A stretch of 64,000 nt of DNA from a virus. Made by a program: the position numbers and the translations under genes. The stretch is from positions 123,751 through 187,750 of the IMG/VR virus record IMGVR_UViG_3300027793_000055. The stretch is one strand, 5' to 3'. Position 1 is the first letter of the stretch, and each line of letters starts with the position of its first letter. The notes below the pieces were generated by a model. That model was not told where the DNA came from, did not search any database, and was given only the letters and a program-made list of their open reading frames with translations. Shown in pieces: positions 9,163-18,405 of the stretch.

Positions 9163-9747
9163 CTATGATCGCAATTTTACTATTAAATTTTTATGTTTTT
9201 TGTGTATTGGTTTTTGGTATAGTTTAATTTGTTTTAATATATTTTTATATTCTTCAAGAATTATTTTTTCAATTAATGCTTCATTTATAATACTATTGAT
9301 TTCTATTATTTTGTTTTTATCCCAAACTATATAAGCTTTCCCGCCAGACTCTCCTCTGTTTTCGTAAACAATAGAGTCATATCCTTTTTCTGTGAGATAC
9401 TTTGCTAATAATAAATTTTGTTCTATAGGCATAGCTGTGCCTTTTTCTTTGGCATTTTTAGAGGCAAGGGAAACTAAAGACTGTTCTTCTTCTTTGGTAG
9501 CTTTTCCAGTCCTTATCAGTTGACGAAAAATTTCCTTTAAATTCCAAATTCCAGGGTCTGATAGAGTAATTGGAGATGATATATTTAATATATATTTTTT
9601 TAGAAAGTATTTTTGCTTTCCTTGTCCACGATGCATCGCGCTTTCTTTTGTTCCAAAATGAAAACCAAAATCTGAGCCTGCCTTTGACATATCAAAAGCA
9701 CTGACTGGAATATCTTGATCCATCGAACGGTATACTTCTATTTCCAT
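9163..9747 (-). CDS. ADP-ribosyltransferase-like (ART-PolyVal-type) protein
   Basis: VYRS..F..S....GFHFGT, KGYDSIVY, YIVWD pattern. Confidence 0.6.
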   Translation of the reverse strand: MEIEVYRSMDQDIPVSAFDMSKAGSDFGFHFGTKESAMHRGQGKQKYFLKKYILNISSPITLSDPGIWNLKEIFRQLIRTGKATKEEEQSLVSLASKNAKEKGTAMPIEQNLLLAKYLTEKGYDSIVYENRGESGGKAYIVWDKNKIIEINSIINEALIEKIILEEYKNILKQIKLYQKPIHKKHKNLIVKLRS

Positions 9748-9788
9748 ATTTTTATTTCTTGCGGTAGAATCTTAAATAAATAGCTATA

Positions 9789-10070
9789 TTATTTTTTAGG
9801 AAAAACTATTAAAGCATCTTTTGGGTTAAAATAGTTGCAGCAACCATAATCAGCTGAGACATACGCTTGAACATCGTCGTTTTCACAAAAGCCTTTTGAA
9901 TTTAGGCCCTTGCAATCTCTACAGCAAAAGCCGGTTGCTTTTTTATCGATTTCCATATAGCCAACATGCTTATCTGCTATACGTTCAAGTGTTTGTTTAT
10001 CATTTTTATCAGCAGCACTTGTATTTTGCTTTTCGTTTTTCTTTTCTTCGTTTATTTTAATTTTAAGCAT
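9789..10070 (-). CDS. small Cys-rich protein (HiPIP-like spacing)
   Basis: CRDC-x8-C-x15-CCNYF. Confidence 0.65.
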   Translation of the reverse strand: MLKIKINEEKKNEKQNTSAADKNDKQTLERIADKHVGYMEIDKKATGFCCRDCKGLNSKGFCENDDVQAYVSADYGCCNYFNPKDALIVFPKK

Positions 10071-10073
10071 AAA

Positions 10074-10154
10074 TCACCAAGCTTTGCAGGACCAATATCT
10101 GGCTTTTATTTTAGTACCTTCTGCTAGAAACTGTTGCCACTTGATATCAATCAT
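10074..10154 (-). CDS. 26-aa chimeric micro-ORF (MIDIKWQQFLAEGTKIKARYWSCKAW)
   Basis: manual translation; N-half matches start of 8217-9113, C-half matches end of 10803-11225. Confidence 0.6.
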   Translation of the reverse strand: MIDIKWQQFLAEGTKIKARYWSCKAW

Positions 10155-10157
10155 AAA

Positions 10158-10757
10158 TCACTTATTTTTGATACCTGCTAATTTATTTATACGATTTAGT
10201 GATTCTTGGAGATCTTTATTTTTATATTTATAAATGTTAGATTTTTCCAGAATATTTCCAGCAATATTGTTTATTGGTTCTGTTCTTTGTGTAAGATATT
10301 GATTGATTTCCGTTGCAATTTTTGCAAAACCTTGATCTCCATAGAGATTCGATATAATTCTTTTTAATGATTGTACTTTTTGATCATTTGACTGTAACTG
10401 TTGTACTTTCTTACTTAAATCAGCCAATTCAGTAAGAAGTCTTTCCACATCAGAGCCTTGTCCAAATATTTGCTGGATTTTAGTTGCACCCATATTAATA
10501 ATTTTCTGAGGGTCTAGTAGGAGTCCAAAATCTTGGTGGAAATCGTCACCAACATAATTTGATTGTATTATCGAAGAACCTAAAATTTGATCAAATTCAT
10601 TAATTATACCTTTTATTTTAGGTGTTAATAGTGACTCATCTCCAACACCAAATTTACTTTTAACTGTTTGACCAACTTTTTGAAGAAAATTTTCTTCCAT
10701 TTGTTGGCTTAATTCTTCTGCAATGATCTGTTTTAATAACTTATTGCTAACTTTCAT
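10158..10757 (-). CDS. probable virion protein
   Basis: MKVSNKLLKQIIAEEL leader, LQESLNRINKLAGI tail; start moved to ATG 10757. Confidence 0.75.
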   Translation of the reverse strand: MKVSNKLLKQIIAEELSQQMEENFLQKVGQTVKSKFGVGDESLLTPKIKGIINEFDQILGSSIIQSNYVGDDFHQDFGLLLDPQKIINMGATKIQQIFGQGSDVERLLTELADLSKKVQQLQSNDQKVQSLKRIISNLYGDQGFAKIATEINQYLTQRTEPINNIAGNILEKSNIYKYKNKDLQESLNRINKLAGIKNK

Positions 10758-10802
10758 TTTAAATCTCCAAATATTGATAAATAGTTTTTTTAATGGCAAA
10801 AA

Positions 10803-11225
10803 TCACCATTTCTTACAAGACCAATATCTTGCTTTTGTTTTTGGTCCTGGATTTGCACAATTGTGTCTTGCACGAAATGATCTACGTCTAGCTGGATTAC
10901 TTTTCTTGATTCTCATATTTGGATCACCAAAATTAACTTTTTTAACGTTACCTGTTTTTGGATCACGAACAAATACTTTAAATTTTTTAACATCACCACG
11001 CATTGGTTTGTTAAGAGAAACTTTTCTACCCTGATATTCAGCTTCTTCTAATTGTTCTGGACAACCACATTCACGTTCTTCATAAAATAATTCTATTTCA
11101 TGCAGTTCGCCTTCATCACATGTACCTTCATACATTCCACAATCTTTTTCTTCAAAGTGAAAAGTCTGAACACCTTCAGGATTAACTTTTTCACTCATTT
11201 TTGGTTTCTTAATTTTTATTTTCAT
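10803..11225 (-). CDS. conserved large-phage protein (DUF6321-like)
   Basis: KKVNFGDPNM, RRRSFRARHNC, KARYWSCKKW. Confidence 0.75.
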   Translation of the reverse strand: MKIKIKKPKMSEKVNPEGVQTFHFEEKDCGMYEGTCDEGELHEIELFYEERECGCPEQLEEAEYQGRKVSLNKPMRGDVKKFKVFVRDPKTGNVKKVNFGDPNMRIKKSNPARRRSFRARHNCANPGPKTKARYWSCKKW

Positions 11226-11953
11226 TTTTTATCCTCTTTCTCATCTTTTTCGAGTTTCTTTTCCATCTTTTCTAATTCACTATAATAGTGTTCATATTGA
11301 GAAAGATGATTACGAGCAATATCGGCAGAAACTTGTGGATCTTTTGTATGTTCTAATTCATGTTCAATGCCTTTTCGCAATTCTTTTGGTTCAAAATCAC
11401 TTGGTTTGCTATTATCTCCAACACCGCCTTTTATTTTATTTATAAACGGTCGTTTTTCAAAATCTTTTGGTATTTTTACGTGTTTTTCTTCCTTCATCGA
11501 TGAAACAGAAGACAAAACTTGTATTAAATCTGGTACACAATCTCTTGGAACTAACTTATTTACATCGGCCCAGATAAACTCACTATTTTCACTATCAAGT
11601 TTGACTGTACCGATTGCTTTATTGGTTAAAAAAAATGCGTGGTCTTGTTTTTGACTAATATCTTCTAAAAATTGTAGATCTTCCGGCATTACATTTAAAC
11701 CGGTTTCTTCTTTTATCTCTCTTATCGCAGCCTGAATAAGAGTTTCTTCTTCTCTTCTCCCGCCACCCGGTAAACTCCATTTTCCGGGCATCCATTCATC
11801 ACTTTCTGAACGTTTGAGAAGTAAAACAGCTCCATTATTATTTTTAATAACTATATGTGCAGAATCAAATTTATTATCTAGGTCGGAAAGGCTTGCTTCT
11901 TCATTTTCTTTCAAAAATTTTCTCCAACTTTCAACCAACAGTTTATAGGACAT
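11222..11953 (-). CDS. NUDIX hydrolase fused to DUF5661-like domain
   Basis: PGG-x5-E-x7-REIKEETGL Nudix box; GIEHELEHT..IARNHL..YY. Confidence 0.85.
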   Translation of the reverse strand: MSYKLLVESWRKFLKENEEASLSDLDNKFDSAHIVIKNNNGAVLLLKRSESDEWMPGKWSLPGGGRREEETLIQAAIREIKEETGLNVMPEDLQFLEDISQKQDHAFFLTNKAIGTVKLDSENSEFIWADVNKLVPRDCVPDLIQVLSSVSSMKEEKHVKIPKDFEKRPFINKIKGGVGDNSKPSDFEPKELRKGIEHELEHTKDPQVSADIARNHLSQYEHYYSELEKMEKKLEKDEKEDKK

Positions 11954-11957
11954 AAAT

Positions 11958-11991
11958 AAAAAAACCTCGCCTGTATAAATAGGCGAGGTTT
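11958..11991 (-). terminator. intrinsic terminator hairpin containing putative late promoter and SD
   Basis: ACCTCGCCT/AGGCGAGGT stem + T-tract on minus strand. Confidence 0.65.
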
Positions 11992-11996
11992 ATTAG

Positions 11997-12242
11997 TTAT
12001 TCAACACGAATTAAGTATTTATATGATAATCTTGATACTTCTATTTCGCTTTCTTGAAAGTAAATGTCTGCAATTTTAAGAAAGTTATCACATAAAATTA
12101 CAATTCCTATATCATCCTGATTAATTAGGCCATTGTTATGAGATATGATTCGTCCCCAATCTCTTGGATTTAAAATTGGTGGCCCATGATAAAAAATTAA
12201 ATCACCAATTGACAGAATATCGGTTTGTATTAAAATAGACAC
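11997..12242 (-). CDS. small SH3/KOW-like protein
   Basis: LSIGDLI motif. Confidence 0.7.
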   Translation of the reverse strand: MSILIQTDILSIGDLIFYHGPPILNPRDWGRIISHNNGLINQDDIGIVILCDNFLKIADIYFQESEIEVSRLSYKYLIRVE

Positions 12243-12257
12243 ATATTTAAATATGCA

Positions 12258-12842
12258 TCAATCACCAGAATAGAAGTCTGGATCATTTGGATTTAAGAAA
12301 TCTAATAGATTAATATCGTATTCTTCTGGATCAATAGTATTTGAACGCGAATCCATAAGCCAACCAGTATAATCTGGTGTTTCTAGAACATCTGGAATAT
12401 CCTTTGGAGTTACTTCTTTAGTTGGAACTGGTTTTTCTGACTTTTTAGGTGGTGGATCTGGTGCAAAAATAGATTTTAATGCATCATTTGTACTTTTTTT
12501 CTTAAAATCTTCCCATTTCTGAAGTTCGTTGCCGGCTTTGTATAGGGATGTTTTTCTGTCTGCCTCAAATTTTGAACTTATTATAATATGATCAGATTTA
12601 AACCATTCATAATATGTTCCCGGTGCTAGCATAGAATAGCCATCTGATATACTTTCTTCGAATTCAACACCAATTTTATATAAAATCAAGGTATCGTCAC
12701 TGTGATCTGGTTGAATATCTTTGATAATTCCAAATTTTCCAGAAAAATTATCATAATAGTCGCGATTAAATGACCAGCGATTCCATTTGTGATCCGGGAT
12801 ACCGGTAATTTCTACCCAATTTCCTATTTTAAAATTAGACAT
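12258..12842 (-). CDS. hypothetical protein with N-terminal SH3/KOW-like motif
   Basis: FKIGNWVEI; Pro-rich tail. Confidence 0.75.
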   Translation of the reverse strand: MSNFKIGNWVEITGIPDHKWNRWSFNRDYYDNFSGKFGIIKDIQPDHSDDTLILYKIGVEFEESISDGYSMLAPGTYYEWFKSDHIIISSKFEADRKTSLYKAGNELQKWEDFKKKSTNDALKSIFAPDPPPKKSEKPVPTKEVTPKDIPDVLETPDYTGWLMDSRSNTIDPEEYDINLLDFLNPNDPDFYSGD

Positions 12843-12867
12843 ATTATTAATTCTTTTAAAATACTGT

Positions 12868-13146
12868 TTATTTATTGATACAATACTGTTTTACTTCATA
12901 AGTAAGACAATTTAAATTAAGAAGTTTTAAATATTCTGCCAATTCTTCTTCAGATTCTATCCAATAATATTCTATTTCAAATGTATCAAAACAAAAAACA
13001 GAAATTAACCAAATCGGTTTTTCTTGCTTATAGTTCGGAATAGCACAACTAGTACTTAAGGAACATTTATAAAAACAATTATCAACTTTAACCCGAATAA
13101 TCTCAGATTTTAATATGTTGTATAATTGTTTTATTTTTTTAATCAT
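12868..13146 (-). CDS. hypothetical protein
   Basis: ORF track; overlaps uvsE stop. Confidence 0.65.
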   Translation of the reverse strand: MIKKIKQLYNILKSEIIRVKVDNCFYKCSLSTSCAIPNYKQEKPIWLISVFCFDTFEIEYYWIESEEELAEYLKLLNLNCLTYEVKQYCINK

Positions 13147-14084
13147 ACTTTAATAGAGAAATCTTTCCTCATTTTAAATATTGCAAGATTTTTCATTTTT
13201 GCTTCGATATCTAAATCAATTAAATCTAGACGTGAAAGCTGTAATTGACAATCTGGTACATAGTGAATATAGTTGCTATGTTTCCTACGCTCTGGAAAAG
13301 AACCTTTTTCCATTCCCGGTTCTGTATTAGAGAGATGCTGTAGCGGCTTATAATCCACTCCATCGCGTTTCCAAGTAAGAGATGCGTATGAACACGCCTC
13401 ATCACAACTAAAGCCGTCCTGATTAAACTGGTGATGATGTGAATCAAAGACAATTGGTGTACCGGTTTCTTTATGCACGTGCAGTAGTTGCTTGACTGAA
13501 AAACAACGCTCATCGTTTTCGAGTGTTAGCCGGTTACGAATATTATCAGGTAGAATTTTGATTGTTTCAATTAGTTTAGAACTGTTGCCGCGCTTTCCAC
13601 CGTGGATATTAATAGCAGCCTCCGGAGTTTCAGGGAGTCCCATTTGATCAAAGACCCACGCATGATATGCGAGTTCATTGATTGAATTTTTAATAACGTG
13701 CTCTGCATCACTATTAATAATAGTGAATTGGCCGGGATGTGTTGTGACACGAATTCCGTTTTGTTTAAACAAGTCGCCAAGTTTTTTTAGTTTACGGCAT
13801 AAAATTTGGTCATTATGAATTGTTGAAATATTAAATTCATATAGTGGAAATAGACTACTAGAAAGTCGGAATGACTTAATATTATTTTCTACAAGTTTTT
13901 GTACAATTTTAATATGTTCATCAACATTATTATGATAGGTAGATGAAATACGTGTTAGTGGATATTTTCCACTTTTGAAAGAGCCAAGTTGTAGACTTTT
14001 TTCATTAATAATGTTTTTATATTCAATTAAACCATTTCTTTTATTTTTTGGTTCAATCCATTGACAGCACAAGCCCAAAGCCAT
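13143..14084 (-). CDS. uvsE: UV damage endonuclease
   Basis: LGLCC, FRLSS, THPGQF, NIHGG, LTLENDE, FDSHHH, DIEAKMK. Confidence 0.9.
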   Translation of the reverse strand: MALGLCCQWIEPKNKRNGLIEYKNIINEKSLQLGSFKSGKYPLTRISSTYHNNVDEHIKIVQKLVENNIKSFRLSSSLFPLYEFNISTIHNDQILCRKLKKLGDLFKQNGIRVTTHPGQFTIINSDAEHVIKNSINELAYHAWVFDQMGLPETPEAAINIHGGKRGNSSKLIETIKILPDNIRNRLTLENDERCFSVKQLLHVHKETGTPIVFDSHHHQFNQDGFSCDEACSYASLTWKRDGVDYKPLQHLSNTEPGMEKGSFPERRKHSNYIHYVPDCQLQLSRLDLIDLDIEAKMKNLAIFKMRKDFSIKV

Positions 14085-14121
14085 TATTAACTCCTATAAA
14101 TTTGGCAAACTTTATATAAAC

Positions 14122-14152
14122 AAATAAAGGGGACCACCTTTCGGTGGTCCCC
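14122..14152 (-). terminator. intrinsic terminator
   Basis: GGGGACCACC-GAAA-GGTGGTCCCC-TTTATTT on minus strand. Confidence 0.8.
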
Positions 14153-14241
14153 ATATTAAGTTTTGAATATATTATGTTGGTGTGTAGATGTGGTTACTTA
14201 TTACTTTTACAGACCTATTGTTGGTCCGTACTAATAATTAG

Positions 14242-14526
14242 TCACCGTGTTTCAGAAACACCAGTAACAGCTGATGAACTAGACTTGCCGGTATCAGCAG
14301 TTGTTACAGCACTATCAACATTAACAACCGGTGCTACGACGGTGGTTGATGTTGGTGTTGCAGCTGTAGATGTGTTTGAGCCTACTTCGGTTGAAGTAGT
14401 TGGAACTTCACCAGCTACAACATCTTGACTTACAGTTGAGGCATCTGGGGCTGCTTCGACTGTATCTTTCTGTTGGCAAGCTGCAGCAAGACCAACAAGA
14501 AGTGAGAAAGTTAGAATAAAACGCAT
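14242..14526 (-). CDS. putative lipoprotein, Ser/Thr-rich
   Basis: MR + hydrophobic stretch + LAAAC lipobox. Confidence 0.7.
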   Translation of the reverse strand: MRFILTFSLLVGLAAACQQKDTVEAAPDASTVSQDVVAGEVPTTSTEVGSNTSTAATPTSTTVVAPVVNVDSAVTTADTGKSSSSAVTGVSETR

Positions 14527-14604
14527 AATTAAATCCTTTTTATAAAAAGCGGGCCGCTAATTGCACCCGTTGTTCACCTATCTTAGCAGAGATCCATCGC
14601 TTTG

Positions 14605-14871
14605 TCAAGCAGTGTTCTCACGTGATCCAACTTTTTTTTCTTTCCGGAAATGATTAAATACAAAATCAAAAAATATCTCTAACTCATGAGTTGTATAGCC
14701 AATGCGACCTAACTTTGAAGAAAGCAGGCACATTTTTTCTAAATCATTGTTTTCTATAGCATCAAGTAATTCTTGTCCAATAGAACTTTTATTTTTTAAA
14801 AAAAGCAAGATATCTTCACCGGTACCAATTGCTGGATTATCAATATCTATTTCTTCATAATAACGGGTCAC
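14605..14871 (-). CDS. hypothetical protein
   Basis: ORF track; GTG start with GGAG upstream. Confidence 0.65.
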   Translation of the reverse strand: MTRYYEEIDIDNPAIGTGEDILLFLKNKSSIGQELLDAIENNDLEKMCLLSSKLGRIGYTTHELEIFFDFVFNHFRKEKKVGSRENTA

Positions 14872-14970
14872 AGGAGTACTCCAAGTTGGAGCAGCAGTTT
14901 ACCACGGCAGCTGCCAAAAGTAAAGCACCCTGTTAAGGGTGCCTTAATTTGTATCCGGATCAAATTAATT

Positions 14971-16092
14971 TCAGTCCTTTAATACAGCTTTTGGAAGTTT
15001 TGTAAATCTACGGAATGATTCACGAAGTTCTTCTACTTGAGCCTCTTCCATTTTTTTCTTATCTTTTTTCTTATCGTGTTCTTCTTTTTCTTTGGCAGCA
15101 CTTTCACCTTTTTCGTGCTTTGCTTTTTCAGCTGCGGTTTCACCTTTGTGTTCGCCTTTTTCTTCGGCTCCACCATGTGCTTTTACTTCATCAAGTTCTT
15201 CTTCTTTAAGACCACCTTGTCCAGCTGCACGAGACATTAAATATTTAAGCCCTTTGATGCTATCTTTACTGGCTTTGCCTTTTTGAGTTATATTGGCCGG
15301 CTTTCTTTGTGCTAATAGATCACCATGCATTTCACCAGAACCGCCGCGAAGAATATCAGCGACTTTTTCTGCATTTCTAACTGAATTTTCTTTTGCAGCT
15401 GCTTTTAAAGCACTTCTGAGATCGATAGCTAGTTTGCTTTGTGGATCGATTTCCAGATTAACCAACAAATCATCGATTATTTCATCTTTGGTTACTGTTG
15501 GCCCATATATATCGTCTTCTTCTTCATCACGCTCATCATTAGCCATTCTGATATTTTTAATAACACTACCAACGTCACCGGCACCTGTTGTATCTTGGTG
15601 ACCCAAAGTACGTGCCCAGCTGCCCTTGAATTTGGAAAGTGCGCGACCTTTCTCACCTTTTATTTCTTCAAGGCCACCTTCATATATTTTTTGTATTTGT
15701 TTGTTTTGAGCAGCTGCCTGATCTTGATAAAATTCTTGTTTACCGGCACTTAGTTGAGCTAAAAATTTATCTCCTTTATCATCGATTGCTTCAATTGAAA
15801 AGCGTGGTACTTTTGGTCCTTCAACATAAATTCCAGGTTTTGAACCAACATATTGTACAGTTGCGCCTTCATCACCACCTTTTAATATAAATTGCATGCC
15901 TGAAATATTAACTCTTGCGAAGTCTTCGCCACTTTGTTTTGCTTTATTCAGCTGCTGAATTGCTTGATCAAATAGACCTTTATGTCTACCACTCAAGTAA
16001 TCCATACCAAATACATGACCAACGCCTTCCTTCATAACCTTATCAAGTTCTTCCTTGATTATCCTTTTAAGCTTATCTTTACTTATTTTCAT
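14971..16092 (-). CDS. probable virion protein
   Basis: MKISKDKLKRIIKEEL leader; ACTAATTA upstream. Confidence 0.8.
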   Translation of the reverse strand: MKISKDKLKRIIKEELDKVMKEGVGHVFGMDYLSGRHKGLFDQAIQQLNKAKQSGEDFARVNISGMQFILKGGDEGATVQYVGSKPGIYVEGPKVPRFSIEAIDDKGDKFLAQLSAGKQEFYQDQAAAQNKQIQKIYEGGLEEIKGEKGRALSKFKGSWARTLGHQDTTGAGDVGSVIKNIRMANDERDEEEDDIYGPTVTKDEIIDDLLVNLEIDPQSKLAIDLRSALKAAAKENSVRNAEKVADILRGGSGEMHGDLLAQRKPANITQKGKASKDSIKGLKYLMSRAAGQGGLKEEELDEVKAHGGAEEKGEHKGETAAEKAKHEKGESAAKEKEEHDKKKDKKKMEEAQVEELRESFRRFTKLPKAVLKD

Positions 16093-16833
16093 TTATAAAT
16101 CCTCTTGTTAACGTTAACAGGCTGCTATAATTTGCAAATTTCAGCCATTATGTTATTATATAGTGGCACTAGTACCCATTTAATTAGTTTTTTACTTAAC
16201 CGGTTAATTTTTTTCTCTATTTTTATGCATTTTAAAGCAGATAGCCTGCCTAATATAAACTGCAGATAATCTGCCTTGCATATGCTAACTCTACCACACT
16301 ATCTATATAGCCCTGCAAAGCAACAGGATGCATTATAGGGGCTTATATCCTCCTAGGCCGATATACGGCTAACTTGTATGCCACAGCCCTTCCTATGCTG
16401 TTTAAATTAAGCATTCTATCTTAAGCTTACTAACCGGTTAATTTTTTATTTTTTATATAAGCCTATTATAGCCTATATTAGCCTTAATAAACTATTAAAA
16501 CTATTAAATGCCTATATTGGTGCTTAGTGCCTAAAATTTTTCCAGAAAATTTTCTGCCTACCCCTTTAACACAGTGTGTTAAAAAAATTTCCAAAAATTT
16601 GGCCGGTATTTCTTGCGCGTACTTAGCCGCCAGTATATACTATATCTACCACTGGTACTTAGATTCCGGTATATAGGGGGGAGGGGGGGCACCTACCACC
16701 ATTTTTATATATTTATTTTATTGGCTTTGCTTATTTTTAAATATAAAAAAACCCACCTTGTTAGGGTGGGGCATTATGCTATTGCTGATCTGCCGGCCAG
16801 ATAGGCCGACAGACTATGTATCAATCCTAACAG
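16093..16833. other. long non-coding junction with palindromes, AAAATTTT tracts and G-run
   Basis: TGTTAACGTTAACA, TTAACCGGTTAA, GGGGGGAGGGGGGG near 16676-16689; no credible ORF. Confidence 0.7.
16745..16770 (-). terminator. intrinsic terminator
   Basis: CCCACC/GGTGGG stem + T7 on minus strand. Confidence 0.7.
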
Positions 16834-17223
16834 TCAAGCGCGGACAACAGAGATAACACCATCGTCAAAGGTCACAGAAACCTTGTCACCCTTGACCAGA
16901 CCAAGCAGACCAACGGGCAGACGAACAAAAGCGCCAGTCTCGCCGACTTCCTGCACAGTGTATTCACGGGTTGCGCCAACAGTAGCAGGCTTACGGCCGC
17001 GAACGCCACTGTTAACAGTAGAGAAAAGTTCGCTACGCAGAGCAGCCAGAGTATTGCCATGCTCGGTACCGTCAAACAGTGCAATAGCACCGTCAAGGGT
17101 CTTTGCGGTGAAGCCGGTACCATTGTGCAGATCACGAACCTTGCTAGCGCCGCCAGTGACAACAGCGAGGGCAATATCCTTGGCAGAAACAATAGCCTTG
17201 CGAGCGGTGTTGACGTTGGTCAT
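16834..17223 (-). CDS. GC-rich early protein with C-terminal AbrB/SpoVT-like domain
   Basis: VQEVGETGAFVRLPVGLLGLVKGDKVSVTFDDG; GAGG SD. Confidence 0.7.
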   Translation of the reverse strand: MTNVNTARKAIVSAKDIALAVVTGGASKVRDLHNGTGFTAKTLDGAIALFDGTEHGNTLAALRSELFSTVNSGVRGRKPATVGATREYTVQEVGETGAFVRLPVGLLGLVKGDKVSVTFDDGVISVVRA

Positions 17224-17304
17224 AGTATATACCTCTTATCACGAACAAGACGGTTAGGTTAGGAAAGCAGCTAGCGGTTACCGTCACCCGCTCGCCACCA
17301 GCAC

Positions 17305-17333
17305 ATTATAGCACGGGCTGAAAAGGAAGTCAA
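17305..17333 (-). promoter_or_regulatory. sigma70 promoter P1
   Basis: TTGACT-17-TATAAT, TG extension. Confidence 0.85.
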
Positions 17334-17529
17334 GCCCTCCGATGCTGCCGGCGTAAGTGCCTGAAAAGAGGGTTAATTTTTTTAGTGTATGTGATCTGGG
17401 AGAGATCACCGGGAGATCACTATATCTGATCTGTAACAGTTAAGGAGAGATCACGTGATACCTCTAGCTATAGCTATCGATACTTTTTTTATATACTCTC
17501 GCTAACTGCTCTTGCAGGAATAGAATAAC

Positions 17530-17553
17530 AAAAAACCGGCCTATAGGCCGGTT
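17530..17553 (-). terminator. intrinsic terminator
   Basis: AACCGGCC-TATA-GGCCGGTT + T-tract. Confidence 0.75.
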
Positions 17554-17584
17554 GGTATATACTTAATCTTCTGCAGTAGCTTGA

Positions 17585-17821
17585 TCAAAAAGCGGTGGAA
17601 AGCTCGCACACATCGACTTCCACAATAGCATCATGCTGCTTGACCATTGCAATATTGCCACACGGTGAAACGCGCATCACATGTCCACTGTGCTCTTTAC
17701 GATAGATCTCGACAGTCCGGCCCAGCTTGATACGTTCAAGGGTCTGCCAGATAACCGGCTTACCATCGAGATAGTGTGGGCGCGTTGTCATCATATAACC
17801 GGGCAGCTTAGGCTTATTCAT
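17585..17821 (-). CDS. hypothetical early protein
   Basis: ORF track; AGGAG SD. Confidence 0.7.
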   Translation of the reverse strand: MNKPKLPGYMMTTRPHYLDGKPVIWQTLERIKLGRTVEIYRKEHSGHVMRVSPCGNIAMVKQHDAIVEVDVCELSTAF

Positions 17822-17859
17822 GATATATCTCCTAGGAAAGAGTTAACGTTAACGTTATA

Positions 17860-18027
17860 TCAAAGGCCCAGCATGCTGGCCTGAACATGTCTTTTTTCAC
17901 TGTGACGGATGCCACGCCGTGTTGCAATCTTAACATGTCGACGCCAAAGAGAACCGGGCGAAACACATCGGCGGCAGATACATTCAGAAGCGGCACCATT
18001 GGCAAGGGAGCGGGTTTCTTTCGTCAT
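17860..18027 (-). CDS. basic Cys-containing early peptide, probably leaderless
   Basis: ATG 7 nt from the -10 of P2; CICRRC. Confidence 0.55.
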   Translation of the reverse strand: MTKETRSLANGAASECICRRCVSPGSLWRRHVKIATRRGIRHSEKRHVQASMLGL

Positions 18028-18033
18028 AGGCAC

Positions 18034-18062
18034 ATTATGCCACAAGCCCGCCGGAAAGTCAA
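18034..18062 (-). promoter_or_regulatory. sigma70 promoter P2
   Basis: TTGACT-17-CATAAT. Confidence 0.75.
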
Positions 18063-18157
18063 GCGGGAATGTGTGCGGCTGTAACCGGTTGAAAAAAGGG
18101 CTTTTTCTTTCATTATATCTGATCTGCGCAGTTAACTGACGAGATCAGATATAAAAG

Positions 18158-18340
18158 TTAATATGGCAGATCATCATCACAGTATGGTGAAAGTGGTAGG
18201 ATAAGTACGGTACCAGATGATACTTTTTCTTGACCTTGCTTTTTTCCATCGATATCATAGTGCACTTCTGAAAAGTGATGATCGGGGATATCATAATAAC
18301 CATCCTGAACGTAGAGATATTCCATATCTTTAATCCTCAC
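18158..18340 (-). CDS. hypothetical protein
   Basis: ORF track. Confidence 0.5.
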   Translation of the reverse strand: MRIKDMEYLYVQDGYYDIPDHHFSEVHYDIDGKKQGQEKVSSGTVLILPLSPYCDDDLPY

Positions 18341-18405
18341 CGGTTGAATAATCTATATAGAAAACAGGCACCCACGCCCGTTCACCTTCTTTTTTATTCT
18401 TCCGG

